64,000 bases of DNA from Chiloscyllium plagiosum (Eukaryota), in contig NC_057718.1 in NCBI RefSeq assembly GCF_004010195.1, positions 60,010,137-60,074,136 of the forward strand. Reading direction: 5' to 3'. A program made the translations under genes and the position numbers. Below the pieces are notes generated by a model. It was not told the DNA's origin. It did no database searches and saw nothing but the letters and a program-made list of their open reading frames with translations. Positions 48,300 to 61,859 of this stretch are shown here, piece after piece. Within the stretch, counting starts at the first letter, position 1. Each line of letters starts with the position of its first letter.

Positions 48300-50280
48300 G
48301 TTCCCAGCTGGAGAACTGGAATTGGGTGCCACTGTTGCTGAAGTAGCAGAAGGTAGTGCGTATGTCATCGTGCTTTAAATTTAAAGGACGAGTGGGGGTC
48401 TTGTGGGATTTGTGCAATTAGATGGCGGGGCAAATGGTAAATGCCAAACCTCACCATCACCTGTCTCATTTAAAGGTCTGGATCATTGAAAAAGAGCAGC
48501 CAGTGAGCATTAGGTGTCAGCAGGGATCAAGTAATTTTCCCTCCAGGTAAAAGAAGCAGATGTTTGGATCTCTGGCCTATATCCCCCCTTTAGACTCTTT
48601 GCCTTATATCCCTTATGGGTTAGAATTAGTTGCTGGGCTGTCCATAATTGCACAACTCCTCCCACTCGACCATCCTATATGGGGTCCAGCTCCTCGGGCC
48701 TTTATCACATGCCCCAATCCCCATATTAGAACTACCTCTTGGGACCCTCACAACCTCTCCCACAATCAGTACAGTGTTGGTGATCAGACAAAGTTGGAAC
48801 CCACAGTTTAGTGATAAACTGCTGTACATTCTTCTCTCGGCATCTGGAAACAGGTAGGATCTCCTCTTCCAGAGTGAAGGCAATGCTCCTGCCTGAACGC
48901 TGAGACCTGATTGAAGTTCACAGATGAGGAAGGTGGCAATGGGATTGAGTAACAATGCTAGTTTCAGAGTTAGTAACTTGTCAAGGACCTCCTCTGACCA
49001 GCAGGGGTAAGTGGTATAGTGGCATCTCAGCAACCAAGGCTGTCCTGGGGGCATCATACACTGACTCTCTGTGGATGGGAAGAGAAGGCAGGTGGGAGAA
49101 TGTGTAGACATCTTCAATACCACATTTGAGGCTAGAGCATGTGAGAAAGTGATAGGGCACCAATCACAATGTGCTGCCAGTATGTGACTTGGCAATGAAT
49201 GGGAACAAGGAGTTGAGGTATTCCTTGACATGCTATTAATTCTCCACTTTGTAATGCAGATGAATTTGATGATTAAATTGTAGCAAAATTGACGATCCTA
49301 ACCCCATCTTACGAGGAGGCCATGCAGGTCATCAGGCAGCAAAGCAGTCAAACCATTATTGATGCTAAAGCAAGATTTACCAGACAGAAGAGTGAGAGTG
49401 ATTCCAATTTGTCATGGATACATAAGTGACACATGTAAAAATGTGATGAACTGAAAGACTGTGCTGAAGCTCCTGTGTGTTCTCAACTACTGGTCCTCAC
49501 CATCCAGAAGCATGGCCACAGCCTGTGGTATCAGCGGGAACTTCACTTCTGAAGACACTGACTGCCAACATCCAGAGCATGCCACATTTCCTGTCTCTTC
49601 CTACCCTCCACCAGTGCTATAACACTCCCATAGGTTTCAAAGGGATCATGTGTAGATTTGGGGACACATCCTGGTGAACAATTCATAGAAATGTTCATAC
49701 AGTTGGGGGAGGTAGTGACAGCCAAGATCCCTGACAGAGAGAAGAAGCCTGGGAAACAGGCCCCTATTAAGCGTCGGGTCAATGACAGACCTCTAGTCTT
49801 AACCAGAGATGTTGGTGATGCAGAGGCAGTTAGAGAATCGTTTGTGCAGGAGCTGGAGGTTGAAGGCAATATTATTCAGAGGACTCCATCTAAAGAATGA
49901 GTTCGGCCAAGTCTCAGACATATGCACAAATTATATCTTCCTCCATGGAGAGGCTGGAGACTGTCATGGACAACTAGGTCAAAATACAACTCATACACAC
50001 TCTGTTTCATTGTTCTGGTCATGGGCTTTATACTGCAGTGGTGAGGGGAGAGGGAGCTGAGGGTCATGCACCCCATTCCAGGTGTGCCTCCTCCTGAGGG
50101 TTAAAGAATAGTTGCATTGCCCAGTGAAACCGTAGAGGCTCCTAGGCCATGCCATATTTCCCCTGTGCTGGTGCTTCCAACAGGCTGGACCAGGAGGCTG
50201 CCCAGTGCCCATCTCTTGACCCCTAGTAGTCCAGAGGCCTCATGGCCTTAGCACGCAGATGTTAAAGTCATTACAGGCTA
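48300..50280 (+). mobile_element. Probable Harbinger Myb/SANT-like DNA-binding ORF fossil
   Basis: From 48801: PQFSDKLLYILLSASGNR*DLLFQSEG resembles the PxFSxxELxxLLxxVxxRxxxLF start of Harbinger-associated Myb/SANT domains. The downstream extent is inferred from composition only. Confidence 0.5.
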
Positions 50281-50439
50281 TGAGATATTGTACCTAGTGA
50301 TATCTAAACAAAGGAAACTAATAAGCTATGAAGTGTGAATTGGCTGTGACAGATGGGGTAGTCTCATTAACATGTATGATAGTGGATAGGTATATGGTTA
50401 ATATTTAAGAAGAAATTGTCTGCATTGCTCTTGGTATAC

Positions 50440-52200
50440 ATTCCTTTTGGGTGAAAGAATGTAACAGGAAAAATGGCCCTGTTATGGCTGACAAAAGAAA
50501 TTAAAAATAGAATCCAAAAAGAAGTCAGATAGAATTGCTACGAAAAAATGGCAAGCCTGAAAACTAGGAGTACTTGAGAATTCAGCAAAGGAGTCCCAAG
50601 AGGTTGAATGAGTGGGAAAAATAGGAGTATGGGTAAGAGTAAACTTACATGGACCACAAAAGTGGACTGCAAAAGCTTTGGTAAGTATGTAAAAGCTAAA
50701 AGACTAGTGAAGACAAATGTTGGTCCCTTACAGTTCGAAACAGGAGAATTGATAATGGATAACAAGAAAATTGCAAGGCAATTAAGTAATTGCTTTATTT
50801 GCTTCTTTAGCTTTCCTGAAATGCCAAGGAAGAAAGGGTCTATTGGGATGGAGGAATTGAATGAGATCAGTATTAGTAAAATAACAGTGCTGGAGAAATT
50901 AAGAGATTGAAAGATAATAACTCTCCAGGGCCTGATAATCTATGTCCCAGGGTACTAAAGGAGTTGACTATGGAAATAGTTATCATCTTTGAAAATTATA
51001 TGGATTCTGGAAAAAGATTGGATGATGACAAACCGTCATCCTACCATCTAAAAGGGGGGGAATGAAAAAGGGAATTATAGATCAATTAGCTAATGTTAGT
51101 GCTAGAGAAAATGCTGGAGTCAATTATAAAGGATGTGATAACAGGATACTGAGAAAGCACCAATGGAATTAAACAAAGTTAATATGATTTAAGAAAGGAA
51201 AATCATATCTAATAAGTCTTCTGGAGTTTCATGAGGATGTAAGAGGAGAAGAGATAAGGAAGAACCAATGGATTCAGTGTTTTTGGAATTTCAGAAAGGT
51301 TTTTGGTGTCACATCAGGGATGTGTGTGAAAAATTAAAGCACACAAGATTGGTGGTGATATATTGACAAAGATTGAAAATCAGTTGGCAGACAGGAAACT
51401 GCAGAAAGAAGTGAGTCTTTTTTGGAGTGTGAGGCAGTGACAAATAGGGTGCTGCAGCAATCAGTGTGTGGGCTCCAGCTATTTACAACATATACTGACA
51501 CTGTGTATGGGAATCAAAAGCAATATTTTCAAATGTACTATGATAGAAAACTAGGTGCAATTGTGATTGGTGAGAAGGATCTAAAGAGGCTTCATGGTGA
51601 TTTACACAAGTTGAGTGCATGCCTTTGTAAACTTGTCCATTTAATAGAAAACAAAGAATGGCACAGTGTTATTTAAATGATAATAGACTGTAAAATATTG
51701 ATGTACAAAGTATCCTTATGGACTGGTCATTGAAACTAAGAATGCAAGTATGTGAGCCTTCATTGCAAGAGAGATTGAGTACAGGAGCAATGAAATTACT
51801 GTATAGGACTATGGTGTGATCACATCTAAAATATTGTGCGTAGTTTTCATCTCTTTACCTAAGAAAAGATAAACTTACCATTGAGGGAGAGCAACAAAGG
51901 TTAACCAGACTGATTCTAGGTATATTGTATGAGAAGACACTGATTCATCTGGAATTGTATTTACTTCAGTTCAGAATAAACAAGAGGGGTTTTCATTGAG
52001 CATATAAAATTCAGAGAAGACCGGACGCAGTGATGATATTTTCCTTGGCGAGGGAGTCCAGAATAAAGGACCATGGTCTCACAATGTAGATAGGCCAATT
52101 TGCACTGACATGGGGAATAATTTATTCACTCAAAGGATGGTGAGATGGTGAACCTGTGGAATCCTCTACCACAAGAAGCTGTGGAGACCAAGTCATTGAA
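50440..52200 (+). mobile_element. CR1 LINE ORF2 (RT) fossil, whose 3' UTR resumes at about 53490-53530 and 53851-53930
   Basis: DCKSFGKYVKAKRLVKTNVGPL, SPGPDNLCPRVLKE, NYRSIS, GKSYLISLLEF, LEFQKGF and WNPLPQEAVE motifs. Confidence 0.9.
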
Positions 52201-52537
52201 TAGATTAGATTCCCTGCGTTAGATTAGATTTCCTACAGTATGGAAACAAGCCCTTCGGACCAACATGTCCACACCAACCCTCTGAAGAGTAACCCATCCC
52301 CCAACATTTATGCCTGACTTATGCACTAACCACACTATGTGGCAATTTAGCATCACCAATTCACCTAACCTGCACATCTTTGGATTGTGGGAGGAAACCG
52401 GAGCACCCAGAGGAAACCCACGCAGACACAGGAAGAATGTGCAAACTCCACATAGACAGTTGCCTGAGGTTTGAGTTGAACTCAGGTCCCTGGCGCTGTG
52501 AGGCAGCAGTGCTAACCACTGAGCCATTGTGCTGCCC
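52201..52537 (-). mobile_element. HE1-type SINE
   Basis: Full reverse-complement copy with (TAGAT)n tail. Confidence 0.95.
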
Positions 52538-52584
52538 ATGCATAGGAAGGAAATTAATAGTCCTCGAGGGGCTACAAGCGCCAA

Positions 52585-53488
52585 GTAAGTGCGGATGACA
52601 CCAAAATTGGTAGTATAGTGGACTGTGAAGAAGATTATCTAAGAGTACAATGAGATCTTGATCATCTGGGCCAATGAGTCAAGAAGCAGCAGATGGAGTT
52701 TAATTTAGTTAAATGTGAGCTGATGCGTTTTGGTAAGGCAAACAAGGGTAGGACATACATAGTTAATGGTGGGGCCCTGGGGACTGAAGTTGAACAGAGG
52801 GACTGAAGGATGTTAGTTCATAATTCCTTGAAAGCGACATCACAGATAAACAGAGTGGTGAAGAAAGCATTGACATGCTTACCTTCATTGATCAGAGCAT
52901 TGAGTATAGGAGTTGGGACTTCATGTTGTGGCTATATAAGACTTTGATGAGGCCACTTTTAGAGTACTGTATACAATTTTGATCACCCTATTATAGGAAA
53001 GATGTTGTGAAACTTGTAAGAATGCAAAAACAATTTACAAGGATTCTGCTGGGATTGGAGGGTTTGAGTTATAAGGGAGGTTGGGATTTGTTTCCTGGCA
53101 GCACTGGGGGCTTCAGGGTGACCTTATAAAATTATGAGGGGCATTGATAGGATGAATAGTCAAAGGACTTTTTCTCAGAATAAAGGAGTCCAAAACTAGA
53201 GGGCGTAGGTTTAAGGTGAGAGAGAAAAGATTTAAAAAGGACCTAAGGAGCAACTTTTTCAATCAGAAGGTGATGTGTGTATGGAATGAGCTGCCTGAGA
53301 AGGTGGTAGAGGTAGGTGCAATTATAACATTTAAAAGACATTTGGACAGGCACGTGAATAGGAAAGCTTTAGAGGGATATGGGCCAAACTCGGACAAATG
53401 GGACTAGTTTAGTTTGGGAAACCTGATCAGCATGGACAAGTTGGATGGAAGGATCCACTTCCATGCTGTTTGGCTTTATAACTCTATG
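52585..53488 (+). mobile_element. CR1/HER1-type LINE 3' fragment nested in the older CR1
   Basis: ADDTKIGSIVDCEEDYLRVQ*DLD, RPLLEYCIQF and WNELPEKVVEVG motifs; tail ATAACTCTATGA. Confidence 0.92.
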
Positions 53489-53529
53489 AGTTTGGAGAGA
53501 AGGTGGAAGTCTGCTATTGAGAGAGAGGG

Positions 53530-53850
53530 TTGACTCACAGTGGCAGGGTCCTGCGTTCAAATCCAGCCTTGGGCGACTCTCTGTATGGAGTTTGCACATT
53601 CTCCCCTTGTGCACATGGGTTTTCTATGGGTGCACTAGTATCTTCCCACAGTCCAAAGGTGTGCAGCTTTAGGTAGATTGCTCATGCTACATTGCTCCAT
53701 AGTGTCCAGGAATGTGCAGGTCAGGCTGGTTAGCTACAGTAAAAAGACTGTGTGGAATTGCGGTGAGGGTTGCATCTAGTGGAATGCTCTTTGGAGGGTC
53801 TTTGCAGATGCAATGGACTGAATGGCCTCTTTCTGCACTGTAGGGATTCT
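53530..53850 (+). mobile_element. HE1-related SINE (older, diverged)
   Basis: GTTCAAATCC B-box, TGGAGTTTGCACATTCTCCCC body, AATGGCCTCTTTCTGCACTGTAGGGATTCT tail. Confidence 0.85.
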
Positions 53851-55339
53851 TTGATCAGCCATGATAATGTTGAGTGGTAGAGTGGGCTTGCAGGGATGAA
53901 TGGTCTATTACTACCAGTAGAGTTCTATGACTCAGCAGCCATCATTTAACCTAGCTGAGGATTTTTCCATCGCACTGAGCTGTACTTGGCATAAAAGAAA
54001 AAGTAAGAATTTATGAGGAAACAAAGATTGCATGCGAGTTTATCAGTGCCATGTCACAGGAGTCTGCAACCTGATAGAAGAAGGCTCTAGTGATTTCAAT
54101 CCACAATGCTTTTGTACATAGTGAAAATCGTCAATAAGCATTATTCAGTTTGCACAAGCATCGTATCCACGTTATCAGCTGTTTAAAGATCCAGAATCTG
54201 CAAATGACATTCATAAATATGTGTTTCACTTGTTTCATGTGTGCAGCTTTTTTATTTATTAATTGGACTTACTTATTTGGTAGCACTTTGTAACTGACTG
54301 CCTCACTGTTGCAATCATTTATAGCTGAAGGGGATTGACAGATAACTGATTTAAGAACACAACAATGTCATGGGCTGTTTGTGTTATCATTAATGGATGC
54401 TCATGCCAAGGTTTCTGTTCTCAAAACTATGGGACAGAGTTGAGCATGCATCTTTTGATGGCCCTCTCATATATGCTGTGAAAAGAAGATTGATCCAGGT
54501 TTCTTGTTTACATGACCAGTCAACTGCTGTATGTGCCTTATGAGCATTGCCACAGTGGCCAGGATCAGAAACTTCAATACATCAACTTCAGTGATTGGTT
54601 TCCAAATTTGAAGCCATTACTCTTGGGGTTGTCTTAACTCCAATGCCTTGCATTGTGATTCCTCTTCTCATCGCAAAACAACTTAAACAATCAAAGGAAA
54701 TATCTTCTGAAGTTAGACCAGAAGATACAAGTCAGGCAGCATTTGCAGAAGGGAAACAGGTAATGTTTCAATTTGATGATGATCTGTCAGGAACACAAGT
54801 TTCTGTTTAGTCCTTCACAGGGGAGTGGGCATACTTCAGCCCCTGATTCCTTTCAGGTTTCTTGTACATACATTTTCACAATACTCTTAATTCTCACTCT
54901 CTGCAAGAATGAAGCTTGTTTGGGAACATCTCCTTATTTTTGATCTGATCCTTGCTCAACTCCAAATCAGACCATTTCTAGTTTCTTCCAATTTTGGACA
55001 ACGTTGAGTTGTTGTCGTCTCCTTGCTTCTGCTATCAGCTTTCAGAAATCTCTCCACCTTTCCTTCCACATCAGATTCACCTGTAATATTTCTCCAGATT
55101 GTTGCTTATTATTACTACCTTATGTATGATATTATGCAAATTATGGATAATGGGTTAAGCTGAAAGAATTAAGGTTGTACTTCCTCCTTGTTACATTAAT
55201 TTCATCAAATTCAATTGACAATGCTGAGTTAATCAATTATCTGGATGCAAACTGACTTTTGCCTACCCAAACATTCCCAGTTCCTTCAATTGATCCTGAA
55301 TTATACAGTCCAATCTATTGCTCAAACACCCCAACCACT

Positions 55340-56355
55340 CAGGTTGTAAGTTTGCTCATTGAATTGGTAGAGTTGTTCTCAGATGTTTTGTCACCATGCT
55401 AGGTAACATCATCAGTGAGCCTCTGTTGAAGTGTTGGTGTTCTGTCCTGCTTTCTATTTATCAGTCTCGGTTTGCAGTGGTGGGTCATATCACTTCCAGT
55501 TCTGTTTCTGAGAGGTTGGTAAATGGGTTCCAAATTGATATGTCTGTTAATGGAGTTCCAGTTTGAATGTCAGATCTCTAGGAATTCCCGTGCATGTCTT
55601 TGTTTAGCCTGTCCCAGGATGGATGCATTGTCTCAGTTGAACTGGTGTCCGACTTTGTCTGTGTGTATGCATACTAGTGATAGTTGGTCATGTCTTTTGG
55701 TGGCTAGTTGTGCTTGTGTATCCTGGTGGCTAGCTTCCTGCCGTCTGTCCAATGTAATGTTTGTTGCAGTCCTTGCAGGATATTTTGTATATGACATTCG
55801 TTCTGCTGGTTGTTGGTATGAGGTTCTTTAAATTCATCAGGAGCTGTTTCACTGTGATGGTAGATTTGTGGGCTACCATGATGCCGAGACACTGGAGTTG
55901 TCTGGTCATCATCTCTGAGATGTCTGTGATGTATGGCAGGGTGGCTAGAGTTTCTGGGCCTGTTGTGTCTTATTGTTTAGGTCAGGTGTTCAGGAATCGG
56001 TGGACTGCGTCTATCAGGTACTTGTTGTTCCTGAATACATTGTACAGGTGTTTTTCCTCACCTTCTCTTACTTCCTGGGTGCTGCAGTGTGTTGCGGCTC
56101 ATTTAAATAATGTCCTGATGCAGCTGCATTTGTGCCTGTTGGGATAATTGCTCCTGTAATTGAGTATTGGGTCAGTGTATGTGTCTTTCCTGTAAACGCT
56201 GGTATGTAGCTGCCCATTGGTTTTGTGGTCTACCATGACGTCTAGGAAAGGGAGTCTTTTATTGTTCTCTTCCTCTTTGGTGCTCTTTGCACCAGTAAGG
56301 ATGTTGTTTATGTGCGTGTGGTTTTCTTCTACTTTGTTGCGCTTTGTGATGCAAC
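55340..56355 (-). mobile_element. Penelope-like element: RT C-terminus, GIY-YIG endonuclease and terminal hammerhead motif
   Basis: KEEENNKRLPFLDVMV...SVYRKDTYTD and RTNVIYKISCKDCNKHYIGQT. The minus strand carries CTGATGA-T-GTTACC-TAGCAT-GGTGAC-AAAA at about 55385-55415. Confidence 0.92.
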
Positions 56356-56479
56356 CCTAACTACTACTGACACAGAACTCTGTCAGGTTTGCCAGCACAG
56401 AATTTTGTCAGTTCCAATCCTGTCCATCAAATACTGCCCAACTCCATGAGCTGCTGTCAGACCTGGGTCAACCGAGCAC

Positions 56480-57060
56480 ACTGTTTGTGTTCTGAATTCC
56501 AGATTCCCACCTAACTGCGATAGCCCTTGTTTCCCCTATTTACCAAGGGTCCATCTACTACCAACTTAACAATATTCAATTATTTTGTTCCCATCACCTT
56601 CTGAGGCAAGATTTTCTAAAAATCATACAAACCTCTGAGAGAAAAAAAATCCCTTCCTCTCTCATTTGAATTTAGGTGTTGTCCTTTCAGGATACAGTTT
56701 TAATATTAGAAGTCATCCATTTGGGACAGTGTGCCTTAGTTATAGTGTCAGCTGTAAGAATTAACAATCTTGCCATGTCCCCCGAGTCAAGATTAATCAT
56801 GATATTTTAAACTTCAATTTAATCACCCCTATTGTTTAAACACCCGGGAAAACAAGTCTAGCCTATCCAATATTTCCAACGTAACCTGTACGTTTGAGGT
56901 ATCAATCTAGTAAAGCTCCACTGAATGATCTTTAACCATTTACCTCTTTCCTTAAATAAAAAAATCAAAACTGGAGATTCTATCTCACCAAAGTCGATAT
57001 GAAAAAGAAGCATAACCTCCTTACTTTCAAGTTCAATTCCTCTCATAATTAAATAATAGA
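56480..57060 (-). mobile_element. Degraded CR1 3' fragment
   Basis: IMRGIELESKEVML and IQWSFTRLIP motifs (ORF track 56858-57064). Confidence 0.7.
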
Positions 57061-57069
57061 TCAAGGAGG

Positions 57070-57760
57070 TCTACAGGACTGTAAAAAGCCCTTCAGCCCA
57101 TCTAGTCTGCACTGGATGAAAACAGCTACCCTTTATCCGAATCCCATTTTACAGCACTTGGCCCATAGCATTGTATGTCTTGACATTGCAAGTGTACATC
57201 TAAATACTTCCTAATGAGGGGCTACCTCTTGCTGCTTTCTTGAATAACGGTACCACCTTGGCTGTCTTCCAGTCCTCTGGCACCTTTCCTGTGGAATTCA
57301 ATACTTTTGCAAGTGCTCCTGGTATCTCCTCCCTTGCCTCACTCAACAGCCTGGGATTCATTTCATCTACCCCTGGAGGTGTATCTAATTTTAGGTCCAG
57401 CAGACTACTCAGAACATCATATCTGTATATACTAATTATTTTAATTATATCACAGTCCATTTCTTTGATTTCTATACCCACATTATTCCTCTCACTTGTG
57501 AACACTGACACAAATTATTCATTTACAACACTACCTGTAAGCTCTAGTTCCATGAACAAGTTACCATTACAGTCCTTAATGGGTACAACACCTACTCTTA
57601 TTATTATTTTATCCTTAATGTACTATACTTGTAAAATGACTTAGGATTTTTCTTTATTTTACCTGCCTTATTATTTTGAGCCCCCTTTTGCTCTCCTTAT
57701 TTCATTTTTAAGTTTGTCTTTGCAAATTTTGTAGTCCTTTATGGTTTCTGATGCTTTAAG
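57070..57760 (-). mobile_element. CR1 ORF2 fragment joined to its 3' UTR (RT core deleted)
   Basis: SVFTSE...PPGVDEMNPRLLSEAREEIPGAL...GKVPEDWKTAKVVPLFKK runs directly into 3' UTR sequence (TATGGGCCAAGTGCTG). Confidence 0.85.
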
Positions 57761-58315
57761 CAGATTGTTTTTCATTGGCCTTCTTAAATAATTGTTGTAA
57801 CTGCGTTCTAGCTCTTTGTGAGTCATACACTAGAAGACCTAGATCCCCCTGCAAGTTGAAATTCTGCTGTTGTTCTTCATTTAAACAAACTGATTAATAT
57901 TCCCAGCATCAGCATCATTCAAGCTGACTACCTCCTCCCAAACAACTATCCTGGGCCTGACCTGCTGCGCTTTTCCAGCAACACATTTCCATCTCTGATC
58001 TCCAGCATCTGCAGACCTCACTTTCTCCTTATTATTTTGAGCCCCTTTTTGCTCTCCTTATTTCATTTTTAAGTTTGTCTTTGCAAATTTTGTAGTCCTT
58101 TATGGTTCCTGATGCTTTAAGCAGATTGTTTTTCATTGGCCTTCTTAAATAATTGTTGTAGCTGCGTTCTAGCTCTTTGTGAGTCATACACTAGAAGACC
58201 TAGATCCCCCTGCAAGTTGGAATTCTGCTGTTGTTCTTGATTTAAACAAACTGATTAATATTCCCAACATCAGCATCATTCAAGCTGACTACCTCCTCCC
58301 AAACAACTATCCTGG
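57666..58315 (+). repeat. 289-bp direct duplication flanking a 72-bp family A PLE 3' end
   Basis: 57666-57954 matches 58027-58315 with about 6 substitutions. The spacer 57955-58026 is GGCCTGACCTGCTGCGCTTTTCCAGC...CTCACTTTCT. Confidence 0.93.
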
Positions 58316-58821
58316 AGCCAAACTGATCATTCCCACTTGTGAACCTCTGCAGTTTCACACCTTGCCTGAAGTATGTTTCTTTGAAAGCGTAGTTGACTAT
58401 TATTGAAATGAAACTCTTTGAGTAGTGGTTAAACATTAAACCTTACTTATTAATATCTAGCAATAAATCAGGCGCCAAAGTTTGCTATAATTTACCGAAG
58501 CAATGTGAAGATTTCACAGTAAGAAACTTGTTGCATTACAAATATTACATTACTTCAGATTTGTGAGCAGCTCAACGGATTATCACTTCAATTTTTTTTC
58601 CAGGTAAAATAACATATTAAACAAAATAAAAGAATATTGAAGTTAAGCTGTAAAATTGTTTGAATGAGTGATACCTTTGCTTTGCTTTTAATGCTATCAG
58701 CTACACAATGTGTCAGTGTATGACAAAACTTTTATTTTTGCTTTGAAAAGGTCTTGCCAAAAAGTTGATTGCTTCTAATAGATTGGATGCAAATACACAG
58801 TGAGATGTGATGCAACTACTC

Positions 58822-59020
58822 TACAAACTAGAAACGTTCCAGGTTCAAACTCTGGTTTGTGCTTAGTGAGCTAATGCGAGCAATAGTTGTTTTCAATAGA
58901 CTGGGGAAAGTGAAAACCCGTCTCTGTTCTTGTTCCTGCTAGTTACATCAAGTTTGGGAAAAAAGTATGGCTATTTGAGTGAGACAAATCGGAACTGTTA
59001 ATGCCTATGAAGGCATACTC
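58822..59020 (+). mobile_element. Possible ancient tRNA-derived SINE remnant (weakly similar pieces at about 230-350, 11680-11960 and 17810-17930 minus)
   Basis: GTTCCAGGTTCAAACTC B-box-like motif; similarity between copies is weak and judged by eye. Confidence 0.3.
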
Positions 59021-61374
59021 TAGCATGAGTCATTAAGTTCAGAAAATGAAAATGATTAAGGACAGAAAACTGATGCATTAAATGAAGCAGTGAGACAAAA
59101 TTGGGCGTAAGATCGCAATCTACAATGGAAGCTGTGTTGCTGCTTATTAATATAGCTCCAATCCTGCTCAGCTCATTGAATAAGTAAAGTCAAGATCAGC
59201 TGGTGTATTGCACATACTGGGCACTCCACTATCTTTACCAATATAAGAACTCACAGCCAAATCATAAGCTTTTCTATTGACGCTCAAACCTCAAAGGCAA
59301 CTGAGGGAATAATGTAATAAAGTAAAGTGCCATTAGCAGAAATAAACTTCTGCATCGTAACAACGTATGCTATAGCCAATAGACATAAGTGGAGAATAAA
59401 GTGCCAGACTTCTGGTTATTGCCTCCAATTTTCTTCTTAGCAAAGTGAGGAAGGCAACAGAATCAAGACATCATAATTAGCAAAAGTAGATTGAAATACT
59501 CTTTGTTTTACAATCTGAGTCAGGCAATTGCACAATTGTTGAGGGCAATGGTGATGATTGACAGGCCTGACTCATTAATGGATTGGGATTTCTACCCATT
59601 TGCTTCCAAATAATACAGACAAAGCATTCTAATAGGTAGGATGGTCCTCACTGGCTAAGCATCCAAAAGCTTATCCATGGTTTCTGATTGTATGTTGCAA
59701 CTTCAAATGCACTCCTATGAAGATTTGGGATTCCCTAAGCCTTGCCTCTTAACAATCTGCCTAAAGCTATGACTATGTGAAATATTTTCTTTTGGTAAGA
59801 AGTGTACAATTGTATATGGACAGCGAATATTCAACAACTAGCTTGGTTTTGAAACTCTGACTCAAAAGTGACCGATTGCTTGCATAGATCCAACTGACCA
59901 AAACAGCATATAACCTGGCAATTAGCTATTTACTGATGGATCTAGTGCCGAAATATTTTCTTTTGTTTGTGTTTTATTCTGTTCAAAAGAAAGATCAGTA
60001 TTTTCCCACAGGGAAGAAGCAGATGCCACTGTGTATTCTGTGCCACTCAAGTCTATTGGGCCTTTGATGTGACTCTTAAATCTTGCAACACCAATTCAGA
60101 ATTGTATCAAAAGGTTTGCCACCTTGCTGAAAAAATTTGAGAAACAAAATGGTAAAACAATTGTTTCTGCTAGTCGTCAATCCTATAACAACAGAATCTA
60201 GGCACAAAATTATCGCAAGACACAAATAGAAAGGTTTCAAGTTTTTTTTCACACAGAGGCAATTGGAATATTAAACGCTATTTAGAATCGTCTATTTTGG
60301 CACCAATTAACATAACTGAAAAGGATTTTGGATAATTATTGGAATATGAAGAATGTAAATGCAGATTAGACAAAGGCAAAAATGTGAATGGAATAGTTAG
60401 CTCCAGTTGAACAACTAGCTGGCGCAATGGGTCAAATGGAGACCTTTCACATGTTGTAGCTACCAGTTTGCAGAGAAGCACAATAATGTGACCACTCCAA
60501 TCAGAGTGCTTCTGTATCAACTGATTATTATGCATCTTTATGGAAAGAAATACATGTGATCCTATTCTCCAGTACTTGATCTTTGCACCATTCAATTGGG
60601 ATTGAAAGCTAGATAACCAGTTTTAGGTGTGCCATTCGTGCTTTGTAATCACACATTGATAAATGTGAAGAAAATAGTATTGTAATATAAATAAAATTAT
60701 GTTGGAGATTTTACAGTTTGTGGTTGCAACATGCATTAAAAATTTGCTTGTACGCTTGTGGTAATTAGGAATGTACTCATAAAAAGCTAAAATATATTTG
60801 ACAATTTCAAGACACACTGCTGTTATACTTATTTCCAGTCAATTGCTGCTTAATTTGAACAGCAGCTTATTTTTTAATACAGCAAGTTGTTTCATAAACA
60901 CAGAAAAATGCAAACAGGAAATCACATGAAAATACCACCACAATCTATTCTCAGTTAACAACCACACTTCTTTTAATGATGATAAAAAAAACACAGACAT
61001 ACAAAAGGGTAGAAATGTTAAGAAGCTCTGAAGTGAAATATTTAAATTCCTTAACCCAATTTAATTGAAAAATTTTAATCAAGAAATATAATCACGTTCT
61101 CTCTCTTCCTCAGGTACTAAATGGTTGCCAAAGCCAACAACATAGTGGGCAGGCAGTGCACAATTACTGAACAGAAAATGTGTTACCCGTACAATTGGTG
61201 AAGACAAAACAAAATAAGCAGTTCATTATGCAAATCATGCTGCTACTGAGCACCATTTCACTCTTAGTCTCCTTATTTTATGGTGCATTTGATCTTCTAA
61301 ACCAACATACTGTAGAATCAACAGTATTTTAACGGATCCTTTTTCATTTTATTATCATTCGGTAGAACTTTACA

Positions 61375-61852
61375 TAAGAATATAAGAACATAAGAAATAG
61401 CAGCAGGGGTAGGCTGTCTGGTCCATCGAGCCTGGTCCGCCATTCAATAGCTCCACTTACCCACTCACTCACCATCATCCTTAATTCCTTTACTGTTCAA
61501 AAATCTATCTATCTTAACCTTAAAAACAGTCAACATGGTAGCCTCAACTGTTTCACTGGGCAGGCAATTCCACAGATTCACAACCCTTTGGATGAAGTTC
61601 TTCCTCAACTCAGTCCTATATGTGCTCCCCTTATTTTTTGACGTCGTGTTCCCTAGTTCTCATTTCACTCACCAGTAGAAACATCCTCCCTGCATCTATC
61701 TTATCTATTCTGTTCATAATTTTGTATGTTTCTATTAGATTCCCCCTTCAATCTTCTTAATTCCAATGATTACAGTCCTAGTCTACTCAATGTCTCCAAA
61801 GCCAATTCCCTTAATTCCAGAATCAACCTAGTGAATCTCCTCTGCACTTCCT
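61375..61852 (-). mobile_element. CR1 LINE 3' end
   Basis: (AAGAACAT)n tail and reverse-complement RVVNLWNCLPSETVEA and RRFTRLILE motifs. Confidence 0.9.
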
Positions 61853-61859
61853 TTATTTT

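Noticed and set aside
48626..49231. Longest ORF in the track (201 aa, minus strand)
   Set aside because: No recognisable domain. It lies antisense to a probable Harbinger Myb/SANT fossil in locally GC-richer DNA, so it is most likely a chance frame.
58585..58610. Pyrimidine tract plus CAG|GTAAAA, similar to a recursive splice site (also at about 48545 and 61110)
   Set aside because: Short motif expected by chance in AT-rich DNA, and no host gene or strand is established.
60012..60113. Plus-strand acceptor ttttcccacAG with a short open frame
   Set aside because: Weak donor, unrecognisable peptide and no compatible neighbouring exon.
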